A DNA stretch of 64,000 bases from Bacteroidales bacterium UBA5219 (GCA_002412425.1 DHVB01000049.1:74401-138400), one strand, 5' to 3'. Shown: positions 1 to 11,324, counted from the first letter of the stretch. Program-made: numbers and translations. The notes: generated by a model from the sequence alone, not told the origin.

Positions 1-30
1 TTGAAAACATATGAAACACCACTTTAGGGT

Positions 31-1965
31 TTATTTTTTCCTTTGTTGTTGCAACTTTTGTTGTTGAGCACGTTGAGCTTCTTCTATGCGTTGTTGCCAT
101 TTAGATTTTGGCTTTGCAGGCTTTTTCTTATTTGCGTCCATTTGAGCCAACAACTTTTCCTCATTAATAATAAACTTTTGTATTATTAGAGTTTGTAGTA
201 TTGTCAAAACATTAGCAAGGAAATAATAGTAGCTCAAGCCAGAAGAATATTTATTAAACCAAATTATCATCATTACTGGCATAAAGTACATTATAAATTT
301 CATTCCTGGCATAGAATTATTTTGAGGCTGATTTCGGCTTGTTATCCAAGTTGAAACAAGCATTGAGGCTGCCATTAATAACGTAAACAAAGAAATATGA
401 TTTCCATAAAAAGTAGATATTATAGGAATATGTGTTGACCATTCAACTATTGCATCGTAAGATGATAAATCGTTTGCCCACAAAAAGCTTTGTTGACGCA
501 ACTCAATTGAAGCTGGGAAAAATCTAAACATTGCAATTAAAATCGGAAACTGAAGAAGCATAGGCAAGCAACCACCCATAGGACTAACTCCTGCTTTCTT
601 GTACAAAGCCATTACTGCTTGTTGTTTTTCCATTTCTTTACCCTTAGGATATTTTTCATTTAAGGCATCAACTTGAGGTTTCAAAACCCGCATTTTAGCA
701 GAAGATAGATATGACTTATAAGTTAATGGAGCTAAACCTATTTTAACAATAAGTGTTAGCAGAAATATTATCAAGCCATAGTTATTTATAAAACCGCCAA
801 GCCAATTAAAAATAGGGATAATTATCCATTTGTTTACCCAGCCAAAAATTCCCCAACCAAGTGGAACTAATTTTTCGAGTTTAATGTCATATTTTTTTAA
901 TTTCGAGAACTTATTAGGACCAAAATACATTCTGAAACCTACTTTTTGTTTTTCTGCATTTTCGAGTGGAATAGAAAAAGTAGAGCTAAAAGTTTTTAAA
1001 TAATTACCCGAAGGGTCATCTATTTTCTCGGCGTTTACAACAGGCGAAGACAAAGCCTCATCAGCAATAAGAACAGAAGAGAAAAACTGTTGTTTATAAG
1101 CTATCCAATGTGCAGAACCACTAGTTTTAAATTCATCTTTTGCTTTTGCTGCATTTAGAGATTCTATGTCTTTGTCTATTTTTAAATATATTGTTGTATT
1201 ATTATTTTCCCAATCTATACCTCTTTCTAAGCGTGGAACTTTCACTTCCCATCTCATATTGGCATAAGAGTTTACAAGAGTATTGATTTCATTTTGCAAT
1301 CCAACAAAATTTATATCAAAATCTAACATATAATTATCGGGATAAACGGTATATAAAAACTCAATATACTTATCATCTGCGGCTTTTAAACGCATAGAAA
1401 GTTTTTCTTCTTTGTCCACAACTTTAATTGTATCTTCCTTTGTTGAAGGAGCAAAATACATATCATTAGTAATAATAGATTTTCCAGCAACAAACAGTTC
1501 TAAGCCAAAAGTTGACAAAGAATCATTTTTATATAATATTAGTGGATCTTGATAATAAGTTTTATAATCTTTCAATTCTACAGAAGCGATTTTACCTCCG
1601 AGATTTGAAACTTTTATAATCATTTTATTGTTTTCGATAATTGTAAACCCGTCATCATTACTATCAAAAGCATTTGCAAAAATGCCATATTTATCTTCTA
1701 GTTTAAGAGCATTTAAAGAGTCTCTTTCTTCTTGAGATAAGCTTTCATGATTTTCAATTATTTCTTTTTCTTGAGCTTTTTCGAGGCTGTCTTGCATTGC
1801 AATTTGAATTTTTGCAAGCGAGTCTTCTTTCATTTTAACTTGTGCTATAGAATCTTGCATTCTTTGTCTAGCTTCAATTTGTTCTGGGGTGGGCTTAGTA
1901 AGAAACATATAACCAACCAACAAAGCTCCAATTATCAATAATCCTATTACCGTGTTTCTATCCAT
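31..1965 (-). CDS. yidC: Membrane protein insertase YidC (long Bacteroidota form)
   Basis: 644-aa ORF. N-terminal TM helix (VIGLLIIGALLVGYMFL), large periplasmic domain, C-terminal multi-TM Oxa1/YidC core (GGCLPMLLQFPILIAMF) and a Lys/Gln-rich tail. Lies directly downstream of pyrG. Confidence 0.9.
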   Translation of the reverse strand: MDRNTVIGLLIIGALLVGYMFLTKPTPEQIEARQRMQDSIAQVKMKEDSLAKIQIAMQDSLEKAQEKEIIENHESLSQEERDSLNALKLEDKYGIFANAFDSNDDGFTIIENNKMIIKVSNLGGKIASVELKDYKTYYQDPLILYKNDSLSTFGLELFVAGKSIITNDMYFAPSTKEDTIKVVDKEEKLSMRLKAADDKYIEFLYTVYPDNYMLDFDINFVGLQNEINTLVNSYANMRWEVKVPRLERGIDWENNNTTIYLKIDKDIESLNAAKAKDEFKTSGSAHWIAYKQQFFSSVLIADEALSSPVVNAEKIDDPSGNYLKTFSSTFSIPLENAEKQKVGFRMYFGPNKFSKLKKYDIKLEKLVPLGWGIFGWVNKWIIIPIFNWLGGFINNYGLIIFLLTLIVKIGLAPLTYKSYLSSAKMRVLKPQVDALNEKYPKGKEMEKQQAVMALYKKAGVSPMGGCLPMLLQFPILIAMFRFFPASIELRQQSFLWANDLSSYDAIVEWSTHIPIISTFYGNHISLFTLLMAASMLVSTWITSRNQPQNNSMPGMKFIMYFMPVMMIIWFNKYSSGLSYYYFLANVLTILQTLIIQKFIINEEKLLAQMDANKKKPAKPKSKWQQRIEEAQRAQQQKLQQQRKK

Positions 1966-1976
1966 TATTCAAACTC

Positions 1977-3605
<1,629 letters not shown>

Positions 3606-5909
3606 TTAAAAAGTAAAACTTAACCCAAGACTAGGCATAATTGGAAGTTGGTCCACTCGATTATAGTCTATTCTATCAAAATAGAAAATATTTCTTCTAT
3701 TATAAACATTTGTTACTCCGGCATTAAGCTCTAACTTAGTATATTTATTAAAAGTTATAATTTTATTTACAGTTAAGTCTAATCTATGATAATATGGCAA
3801 ACGTCCTGTATTAAGCTCATCGTAAATAATTCCTAACGAACCATTTCCTTGCCAATAAGGATAGTTTAGACTATGATAAAAATCGACTTCTTCGTAAAAT
3901 CCTGCAGTTTTTGTAAATGGAAATCCTGAACCTAAATTCCATCTTGCACTAATGCTCCAAGATTGTTTTTTACCTAATTTATATGTAGTTACTAAATTTA
4001 TGTTGTGTCTTCTATCATAATGTGGACTATATAACTGCACGCCATCATCACGTTTTACCCAACCTAAAGAATACACAAACCAAACATAAAGATTATTTTT
4101 ATCATATTTTAATAAAAAGTCAAGTCCGTAAGCATAACCAGTTTCGATTAAGAAATCTTTTTTCAAATAATCTGGTTTAGTTCCATTTATTGGAATATCG
4201 TTATATATTTTATTTCTATTAATTGTTGAAAGCTGAGAAAAATTCTTTATGTATGCTTCTACATTAAAGTCTATATGATTAGTTACATCTACTTCTGCAC
4301 CAATAATTAAATGTTCTGATTTTTGAAGTTTATGTCTTAACTCTTCGCCTTTGAACGAGCTTGGTAAATTTAAGTCGCCACTAAGGAAACCATAAAAAAG
4401 ATTAACAACATCTCTATCACTATTTGCGGCAACTAAATTTTGAGAGTACAGACCAGCAGCTAATTTAAACCTAAGTCTCTCTGTTGCGTTATATTTAAGT
4501 CCTAATCTAGGTTCTAAAGATGCTTCACTCATAGACGCATAGTATTGTAGTCTAAGTCCTGGCTCAATAAGTAAACTTCCAAGATTAAGTTTATATTTTG
4601 CAAAAGCAGCCAATTCTGTTGTGTTTTCTTCTTGTTTCAACTCTCTACCGATAGAGTTGTAATAAATAAAATCTGTATTAAAGCCCAAGGTTTCTACACC
4701 CCAAACAAACTGATTTTTACCAAAGAAATACAAGAAGTTTAAGCCAAAATTATATCCTCTAATTCCACTTTTACTAGGTAAATTATCAAGAGTTTGCAAT
4801 CCAATTTTATAGTCTGAATAAGAAAAGTTAGATTTTATCATAACAGTAGAACCTAATGGTACAACAGAAACATTTGCTCCTATTCCATAAGAATCCCAAC
4901 CGAGTTGGCTTAAACCTTGATAACTAACTCTATCGCTAAATTTGAATCCAAATAAATTTATCTTACTTCCTTCGGGTGAGCTTAAAGATACTTTTCCATA
5001 CAAGTCTGTATAGTTAAATGGTAGTCCTTTGCCATCATTAATATATGTGTATAATAATTTAGACGATTGTTCGAGATAAGAAGTTTTTCCAGAAAACAAA
5101 TAAGAAGCACTTACTTTATTTTCTTTATATTTAACAATAGGTCCTTCGAGTAAAACTTTTGACCCAAAGCTACTTGCCGAAACTTTTCCTGTAAAACGTC
5201 TTGAATTTCCTTCTCGTATAGATAAATCCATTACTGAAGAAATTCTTCCTCCATAGTCGGCATTAAATCCTCCAGTATAAATATCTGCATTTCTAATAAT
5301 ATCAGAATCGAACACTGAAAACAAACCTATAGAATGGAATGGATTATAAATAGTCATTCCATCTAAAAGCACAAGATTTTGAATATTTGAGCCTCCTCTA
5401 ATATATAGTTGCCCACCTTGGTCGCCTGTAAAAGTAACACCAGGCACTACCTGCAAATACTGAGCTATATCTGGTTCTCCACCTACTGACGGAAGTTGTT
5501 TTATTTGAGTTGGAGAAACTTTAACCATAGAAATTCTGGTTTGAGTTTTCATTTCCTGCCTTTCTGCCGAGACTACTGTTTCGCCAAGAACAAAAGCAGA
5601 TTTTGTCATATAAAAATTCTTAGAGTATAATTTTGCACTTTCTATGCGCAAATCTTCAACTATACTATCATAGCCCACATAAGTAATTATAATTTTATAA
5701 TCTCCAATAGGAATTTTTGGAATTGAAAAATATCCATTCAAATCTGTTGCTGCTCCCAAATTTGTTCCTTTAATAGAAACATTTGCAAACATACAAGGTT
5801 CTCCATCATCTTTGTCATATACAAAACCTTTTATTGCTCCTTGTTGAGCATAAAGTGTTACTGGCAAAAATGAAAATATAAAAAATGTATTTCTTATTAT
5901 TTTATGCAT
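3606..5909 (-). CDS. TonB-dependent outer-membrane receptor with N-terminal carboxypeptidase-regulatory-like domain
   Basis: Signal peptide. CarbopepD_reg-like segment (IKGFVYDKDDGEPCMFANVSIKG...NGYFSI). Plug domain (IAQYLQVVPGVTFTGDQGGQLYIRGGS...LLDGMTIYNP). Long beta-barrel ending in the aromatic terminus LSFTF. Confidence 0.85.
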   Translation of the reverse strand: MHKIIRNTFFIFSFLPVTLYAQQGAIKGFVYDKDDGEPCMFANVSIKGTNLGAATDLNGYFSIPKIPIGDYKIIITYVGYDSIVEDLRIESAKLYSKNFYMTKSAFVLGETVVSAERQEMKTQTRISMVKVSPTQIKQLPSVGGEPDIAQYLQVVPGVTFTGDQGGQLYIRGGSNIQNLVLLDGMTIYNPFHSIGLFSVFDSDIIRNADIYTGGFNADYGGRISSVMDLSIREGNSRRFTGKVSASSFGSKVLLEGPIVKYKENKVSASYLFSGKTSYLEQSSKLLYTYINDGKGLPFNYTDLYGKVSLSSPEGSKINLFGFKFSDRVSYQGLSQLGWDSYGIGANVSVVPLGSTVMIKSNFSYSDYKIGLQTLDNLPSKSGIRGYNFGLNFLYFFGKNQFVWGVETLGFNTDFIYYNSIGRELKQEENTTELAAFAKYKLNLGSLLIEPGLRLQYYASMSEASLEPRLGLKYNATERLRFKLAAGLYSQNLVAANSDRDVVNLFYGFLSGDLNLPSSFKGEELRHKLQKSEHLIIGAEVDVTNHIDFNVEAYIKNFSQLSTINRNKIYNDIPINGTKPDYLKKDFLIETGYAYGLDFLLKYDKNNLYVWFVYSLGWVKRDDGVQLYSPHYDRRHNINLVTTYKLGKKQSWSISARWNLGSGFPFTKTAGFYEEVDFYHSLNYPYWQGNGSLGIIYDELNTGRLPYYHRLDLTVNKIITFNKYTKLELNAGVTNVYNRRNIFYFDRIDYNRVDQLPIMPSLGLSFTF

Positions 5910-7902
5910 CGTTTCCGTCTTTGTTTTTTAGTTCGCGTTCTGCCAAATCTATAGCTTTCTTTTTTTCTTTAAGAGTTTTTATTTCTTCTTGTGCTTTTTC
6001 AATTTTTTTATTAAAATCTTTTACCAAACTTTCAGTTCCAGAAGCAAAAAATCCCATATTATTTTCTATTTGCAATATTTCTGCATTTAATTCTTTAATT
6101 TTTTGTAAAATACGATTTTTCTCTCTTGCAAGTTCGTTTAAAGCACCACTTCCCTTAATAGATTCAACTTTGTTTGTAAAATTACTAATTTCTAAAGCAG
6201 ATTTATTAAGTTTTAATTTTTTATACAACTCATTAATAGCTCCACGATATTCGTCATACAATCTATCTCTTTGTGAAATTTCAACAAAGCCAATCTCTGT
6301 CCATGTGTTTTGGAATTCTTTAATTTTATTAACGTTTTCGCTTTGGTCGTCAAGAGGTTTATAGTTTTTAATTTCTTCGATAAGAGCCTCTTTCTTAGCT
6401 AAATTTTCTTTGTGTTCTGTTTCAATATTTTTGAAAAACTCTGATTTAGCATTAAAGAAATGGTCGCAAGCAGCTCTAAATCTTTTCCATATTTGTTCTG
6501 AATTTTTTCTTGGAACTGGACCGATTTCTTTCCATTGTTTTTGTAAATCCAAAAACATTCTAGTTGTTTTTTTCCAATCTGTACTATCTTGCAAGCTTTC
6601 TGCACTAAGACAAATGTCTGTCTTTTTTTGCAAATTATCTTTTAGCTCAGCATTTATTTCACTAAAAAATTCATTTTTAGCTTCAAAAAACTTATTGCAA
6701 CCAGCTCTAAACCTTTCAAAAACCTCATTATTAACTGCTGTTGGCACCATTCCTATAGTTTTCCAAATTTTTTGCAATTCTAAAACTTGGTCTGAAAGTT
6801 CTGCCCATTCTTTACCATTTGTTGCAGTGTTTTCAACTAAAATACTTTCAACTTTTTCGCAAAGTATAAGTTTTTGTTTATAGTTAGCTTCTCTTTCTTC
6901 TTTTAGTTTTTCAAAATGGTCTTGATAATTTTTTCTTATTTTTTTGCTTATATCAGAAAATCTATCCCATAGCTCAACACGTTTATCGCTAGGAACAGGA
7001 CCTAACTCTTTCCATAATTCGTGATAATCCTGCAATTTTCTATAAGAAGCAACTACATCGGTTGATAAAAGCAATTCTTCTGCTTTTTCGCACAACTCAA
7101 TTTTTTGTTCTAAATTTCGTTTAAAATCAAAATCTCTGGCTTCTTTATTTAGCTTAACTAAATCATAAAACCTTTCGATTTGAAGTTGATAATTATTCCA
7201 TAATTCGTTTGAAACTTCTGCTGGAACTGGTCCAATTTTCAGCCATTCTTGTTGAAGTTCTTTAAATTCGTTAAAAGTTTTATTCATCGACTCTTCGCCA
7301 TTTGCTAAAACTTTGATTTTTTCGATGATTTCTTCTTTCTTTTTAAGATTTTCTAATCTTTCTGCTTCTTGTTGTTTTGCTAGTTCAGCACGTTTCTTGC
7401 CATATTCAGCCCACAATTCTTTTAAATAATCTTCGTTTGGGTCTTTTGGCAAACTAACCTCTAATTCATTTCCTGTTGCCTCCATAATCTCTTGACGCAA
7501 AGCATCTTGTTGTCTTCTCAAATTTCTATAAAACAATCTTTTGAGCAAATCAATATCTTTACGAGTTTCTTCAATATTAGATTCGTAAATAAGCTGTTTA
7601 AGTTTTTCAATGATTTCTTCATTATTCAAATTGCTAAAATCATTTTCTGCAGGAACATTATCGTTATCAACATCTTCATCGTCTTCGTCAGCATCAATTT
7701 CTGAAATAAAAACCTCATCAGTATTTATTTTTTTATCTTCAGTTGATTTGATTTCAACTTTTTCTATTGTTTTATTTTGCTCTGTCTCAACACTACCATT
7801 TTCTGCATTAATCTCAACTTTTTCAACATTATTGTTGTCTTGGTCAGTGTTTTTTGTCGTATTTTCTTGGTTTTCTAAACCATTTTTAGCATTTTCAATC
7901 AT
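5902..7902 (-). CDS. DUF349 repeat protein with acidic N-terminus
   Basis: At least 5 repeats of the DUF349 pattern, e.g. QQEWLKIGPVPAEVSNELWNNY, HELWKELGPVPSDKRVELWDRF, QKIWKTIGMVPTAVNNEVFERF, QKQWKEIGPVPRKNSEQIWKRF. The 8-nt overlap with the downstream receptor gene suggests an operon. Confidence 0.8.
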   Translation of the reverse strand: MIENAKNGLENQENTTKNTDQDNNNVEKVEINAENGSVETEQNKTIEKVEIKSTEDKKINTDEVFISEIDADEDDEDVDNDNVPAENDFSNLNNEEIIEKLKQLIYESNIEETRKDIDLLKRLFYRNLRRQQDALRQEIMEATGNELEVSLPKDPNEDYLKELWAEYGKKRAELAKQQEAERLENLKKKEEIIEKIKVLANGEESMNKTFNEFKELQQEWLKIGPVPAEVSNELWNNYQLQIERFYDLVKLNKEARDFDFKRNLEQKIELCEKAEELLLSTDVVASYRKLQDYHELWKELGPVPSDKRVELWDRFSDISKKIRKNYQDHFEKLKEEREANYKQKLILCEKVESILVENTATNGKEWAELSDQVLELQKIWKTIGMVPTAVNNEVFERFRAGCNKFFEAKNEFFSEINAELKDNLQKKTDICLSAESLQDSTDWKKTTRMFLDLQKQWKEIGPVPRKNSEQIWKRFRAACDHFFNAKSEFFKNIETEHKENLAKKEALIEEIKNYKPLDDQSENVNKIKEFQNTWTEIGFVEISQRDRLYDEYRGAINELYKKLKLNKSALEISNFTNKVESIKGSGALNELAREKNRILQKIKELNAEILQIENNMGFFASGTESLVKDFNKKIEKAQEEIKTLKEKKKAIDLAERELKNKDGNDA

Positions 7903-8090
7903 ACTAAATCTCTGATAATTAAACGTTTAACAAATTATTAAATTAATGTTATAAAACTTACGAAGGTATATTTTATATAAATTAGAAACAAATTTTTATC
8001 GATTTTTTCTATTTTGAAAATTTATTTTGCGAAAATAATACAAATTTTCTATAAATTTTTAAAAAATGCTGCCTTCTCTCGCTCAGATTT

Positions 8091-8139
8091 ATGTTGCAAC
8101 AAAATAATTATTATGGTATTTGAATAAATTGGCATTGTT
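8091..8139 (+). repeat. Direct-repeat module ATGTTGCRACAAAA...AAATTGGCATTGTT, copy C
   Basis: ATGTTGCAACAAAATAATTATTATGGTATTTGAATAAATTGGCATTGTT. Both ends match 11390-11454, with an internal deletion of about 17 nt. Confidence 0.7.
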
Positions 8140-8196
8140 GTAAAATCAACGCATGTGTTGATTCTACAACATGCTATATAATTTATTAAAAATCAA

Positions 8197-8253
8197 ACTT
8201 TCGACTTTCGACTTTTAACACTTCAACTACGTTCAGTGCATCGCCTTTAACTG
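8197..8253 (-). repeat. 57-nt dispersed repeat, copy 1 (contains the antiporter stop codon)
   Basis: The reverse complement reads CAGTTAAAGGCGATGCACTGAACGTAGTTGAAGTGTTAAAAGTCGAAAGTCGAAAGT. It is 54/57 identical to 17575-17631. Confidence 0.9.
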
Positions 8254-10406
8254 TTTTGTTCTTCTTCTTCAGATTTAACAAAAATCTTCCCTATCCCCTT
8301 TCCGATATTTTCTATAGCCTCAATACCTTTTGTCAATGGATTATTTGCAAGGTCGTCATACTGAGCTATAGAGCCTTCTATTTGCTGTGGGAAAATTACA
8401 ATTCTGTTATATTCAGAATAATATCTTTCTATTTTGCTGAAAATATTTTCAAAATATGGCACATAAGAAAACGAATTTCTTCTTGCCGATGCAACAATCA
8501 TAAGGTCGTCTTTTTCAATATATCTTGCTAAAATTAAAAAATCTTCCCATTCGCTAAACTCGCTAAACTCGATTTTTACATTAAATTTATTCTTTTTTAC
8601 GAGAGTTTTTAGGCTTTTATCAACTTCTTCGGTGCCAAAATGAAGTATTTGTGCCGACAGTTCCGAAGCAAGTTTAAGCACTTTTTCTGTCCACAATTTA
8701 AAACCTTTTTCTTTATTTGCTAAATGAGGTGTAACTAAAATAATCCTTTTATTGGCAACAAAAGCATTTTCAAGAGAAGTAACAAAAACGTTTTTATTTC
8801 CCGAATAAATAATTTTATTCACTCTCTCTCCAGCTAGTTTATTGATAATGCCAGCTTTACCGGGCCAACCAAGGATTAGAATATCTGCCATCATTTCTTT
8901 TGACACGCGTGAAATTCCACTAACGACATTATAGTCAATGCTTGTAATTGCGTTTACTTCTACTTCGGCAGCAGCGCCATATTTTATAAAATCTTCTAAT
9001 TTCTCTTTTGTTTTTAAAAGATTTTGCTCAGCATTAGAATCATTTTGAATAATTGATAAAAGAGATATTGGTCTTGATGATTTTAAGTTTTTTATCAATA
9101 CTGCAAACTCTAAAAGCTTTGGCACAGAAGCTAAGTTGGCAACTGGTATAAGTATATGCTCGGCAAATTTATTATAAGCTTTTTCACCAATTTGACTATC
9201 TTCTTCGGTTAAAGCCAAAGTTTTAGCTGCTCTTTCGGTTACAAATGAAGCTATTATACAAGAAACTAAAATTAGAATAATTGTACCGTTAAGAATATTG
9301 TCGTCTAAAATTCCTATTCTATAGCCCACTAAAATTACTGCCAAAGTTGCGGCTGCGTGTGAAGTTGACAAGCCAAAAATTAATTGTCTTTGAGTTCCAG
9401 AATATCTAAAAATTACTTGAGTTAAAAAAGCTGCTATCCATTTTCCAAAAACAGCACCAACAATCAAAACTCCAGCAACAATAGCTGCACCCCAACCTTG
9501 AACAACAACGCTTACATCTACTATCATTCCCACCGAAATTAAAAAGAAAGGAATAAACAAAGCATTTCCGCTAAATTCTATTCTATTCATCAAAGCAGAT
9601 GTTTTTGGAATTATAGGATTCAGAGCTAAACCAGCAACAAAAGCCCCAATAATTGGTTCTAAACCACTTATTTCGGCTAAGAAAGCTGCAAAAAACAAAA
9701 CTGATAAAGCAAATATAAAATGAGCATGTTTTTCGCTTTCTAATTTTGAGAAAAACCATCTCGCAACTTTTGGAACAAGGAAAAACATGATTATTAAAAA
9801 CAAAACAAAACAAATTCCCAATCTAATAAAAAACTCTTGGTCTAAGCTACCTTGTGTATTTCCAATTATAATGGCTAAAATCAACAAAACAGCAGTATCG
9901 GTAAAAATTGTACCACCTACAGTTACAGCAACAGCTTCGTTTTTAGTTACGCCAAGTTTGCTAACTATAGGATAAGCAACCAAAGTGTGAGTAGCAAACA
10001 TGCTTGCGGTCAACACACTTGCATTAATGCCATAGCCCAAAACATAATGACACAAAGCATAGCCTATTGCAAATGGAAAAATAAAAGTAAACACACCAAA
10101 GGTTAAACTTTTATATTTATTCATTTTAAATTGAGCCAAATTTAGCTCCAAACCAGCAACAAACATTATATATAGCAAACCTATGGTAGAGAATAGCTCT
10201 ATAGCACTATTATTGGCTATAATATTAAAGCCATAAGGACCGATAATTATACCAGAAATTATTAATCCTATTATTCCGGGAATTTTGAACCTTTGCAATA
10301 AAATTGGCGAAAGTAAAATTATAAAAAGAATAACAGAAAACACTAAAATAGGATTACTCAAAGGAAGAGTAAATTCTGCTAATAACTCGCTAAAAAATTC
10401 TTGCAT
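8247..10406 (-). CDS. Cation:proton antiporter (CPA family) with C-terminal cytoplasmic USP-like regulatory region
   Basis: About 400 aa of 11-13 TM helices typical of Na+/H+ or K+/H+ exchangers, followed by about 300 aa of soluble domain. The stop codon lies inside repeat copy 8197-8253. Confidence 0.85.
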   Translation of the reverse strand: MQEFFSELLAEFTLPLSNPILVFSVILFIILLSPILLQRFKIPGIIGLIISGIIIGPYGFNIIANNSAIELFSTIGLLYIMFVAGLELNLAQFKMNKYKSLTFGVFTFIFPFAIGYALCHYVLGYGINASVLTASMFATHTLVAYPIVSKLGVTKNEAVAVTVGGTIFTDTAVLLILAIIIGNTQGSLDQEFFIRLGICFVLFLIIMFFLVPKVARWFFSKLESEKHAHFIFALSVLFFAAFLAEISGLEPIIGAFVAGLALNPIIPKTSALMNRIEFSGNALFIPFFLISVGMIVDVSVVVQGWGAAIVAGVLIVGAVFGKWIAAFLTQVIFRYSGTQRQLIFGLSTSHAAATLAVILVGYRIGILDDNILNGTIILILVSCIIASFVTERAAKTLALTEEDSQIGEKAYNKFAEHILIPVANLASVPKLLEFAVLIKNLKSSRPISLLSIIQNDSNAEQNLLKTKEKLEDFIKYGAAAEVEVNAITSIDYNVVSGISRVSKEMMADILILGWPGKAGIINKLAGERVNKIIYSGNKNVFVTSLENAFVANKRIILVTPHLANKEKGFKLWTEKVLKLASELSAQILHFGTEEVDKSLKTLVKKNKFNVKIEFSEFSEWEDFLILARYIEKDDLMIVASARRNSFSYVPYFENIFSKIERYYSEYNRIVIFPQQIEGSIAQYDDLANNPLTKGIEAIENIGKGIGKIFVKSEEEEQNS

Positions 10407-10432
10407 TATAAAAAATTGCTATTTAGTTTTTG

Positions 10433-10440
10433 CAAAAATA
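10433..10440 (-). promoter_or_regulatory. Candidate -7 box (TATTTTTG) for the antiporter gene
   Basis: Matches TAnnTTTG on the minus strand, 27 nt upstream of the ATG at 10406. Confidence 0.35.
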
Positions 10441-10450
10441 AAAAAATAAA

Positions 10451-10556
10451 TCAGTTAAAAGTTAAAAGAGTTTTTAGTGTTTAGTTTTTAGTGTTTAGTC
10501 TATTGCTCAAACGGATTTAACTTTACGAACTTTAAAACTTTTTAACTTTTAACTGA
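10451..10556 (+). repeat. Mosaic word-doublet element with 18-bp terminal inverted repeats
   Basis: TCAGTTAAAAGTTAAAAG (10451-10468) faces CTTTTTAACTTTTAACTGA (10538-10556). The interior has GTTTTTAGTGTTTAG x2 and AACGGATTTAACTTTACGAACTTTAAAAC. Confidence 0.85.
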
Positions 10557-10566
10557 TTTGATTGTG

Positions 10567-10661
10567 TTGCCCTTACGGGCAAGGCTTTTGAGGGTCTAAC
10601 TACCGCAGGCTACGCCTACGGTTAATCACATATTGCCCTACGGGCAAACCTTTGAGAATCT
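10567..10661. repeat. Cluster of three GC-rich palindromic units (REP/BIME-like) in an AT-rich spacer
   Basis: The units are TTGCCC-TTAC-GGGCAA (10567-10582), ACCGCAGGC-TAC-GCCTACGGT (10602-10622, one mismatch) and TTGCCC-TAC-GGGCAA (10633-10647). Units 1 and 3 share the flank CTTT(T)GAG(G/A)(G/A)TCT. Confidence 0.7.
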
Positions 10662-10663
10662 TG

Positions 10664-10703
10664 ACGTTGCGACAAAATTAAATACTGTTTTAAAAATTAT
10701 TTT
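10664..10703 (+). repeat. Direct-repeat module, copy A (abuts the higA stop)
   Basis: ACGTTGCGACAAAATTAAATACTGTTTTAAAAATTATTTT. About 36/40 identical to 11390-11429. Confidence 0.75.
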
Positions 10704-10711
10704 GGAATTTT

Positions 10712-10990
10712 TTAAACTGGATTTATTTGTATTTGTCCACCAATTGCTCTTAAAATTTTCATAATTGTTTCAAATCTAGGATTAGAACCTTCTGATAATG
10801 CTTTATACAAACTTGATCTGCTTAATCCTGTTTCTTTAGCAATTTTTGTCATGCCCATTGATTTTGCGACATGTCCAATTGCTACAATTACGTCTGAGTC
10901 ATCACCTTCTGCTAAAACAGTATTAAGATATTCTGCAATCATCTCATTACTGTCTAAATAATCTGCTATGTCAAATTTTGAGGTTTCCAT
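10712..10990 (-). CDS. higA: Addiction-module antidote protein, HigA family (HTH)
   Basis: 92 aa. Conserved N-terminal DIADYLDSNEMIAEYLN and the HTH segment GMTKIAKETGLSRSSLYKALS. Begins 5 nt downstream of the toxin gene. Confidence 0.8.
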   Translation of the reverse strand: METSKFDIADYLDSNEMIAEYLNTVLAEGDDSDVIVAIGHVAKSMGMTKIAKETGLSRSSLYKALSEGSNPRFETIMKILRAIGGQIQINPV

Positions 10991-10995
10991 TATAT

Positions 10996-11295
10996 TTATT
11001 CTTTAAGTTTTTTCAAAATATTTTTAGCTTTATTTATGTCTTTCTGCTGAGTTGATTTTTCTCCACCAATGAGTAAAATAATAATTTTCCCATCTGATTC
11101 TTTAAAATATATTCTATATCCTTTAGCATAGTCAATTTTTAGTTCCCTAATTCCATCACCAACATGTTTACAATCTCCAAAATGTTCATCTTCTTCAATC
11201 TTTTGAATGCGAAACAATATTATGGCTTTTGCTTTTAAGTCTCTTAATTTTCTTAGCCACTTATCGAAATCAGATGTCTTATAAATTATATACAT
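10996..11295 (-). CDS. higB: Addiction-module killer protein (HigB-like, RelE/ParE superfamily)
   Basis: About 99 aa from the ATG at 11295 (MYIIYKTSDFDKWLRKL...GDGIRELKIDYAKGYRIYF...IILLIGGEKSTQQKDI). Toxin-first order is typical of higBA. Confidence 0.8.
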   Translation of the reverse strand: MYIIYKTSDFDKWLRKLRDLKAKAIILFRIQKIEEDEHFGDCKHVGDGIRELKIDYAKGYRIYFKESDGKIIILLIGGEKSTQQKDINKAKNILKKLKE

Positions 11296-11324
11296 ACATT
11301 TCTCCAAACGTCTCCATTCGGATA

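Noticed and set aside
5885-6883. Plus-strand ORFs 5885-6364 (159 aa) and 6410-6883 (157 aa)
   Set aside because: They are antisense to the DUF349 gene. Their low-complexity Ser/Phe/Leu-rich translations are the mirror of Lys/Glu-rich codons. They have no motifs and are fully contained in a well-supported gene.
10560-10665. tRNA or other small RNA gene in the GC-rich hairpin cluster
   Set aside because: Three independent short hairpins do not fold into a cloverleaf. There are no acceptor stem, anticodon arm or T-loop GTTCRANNC motifs.
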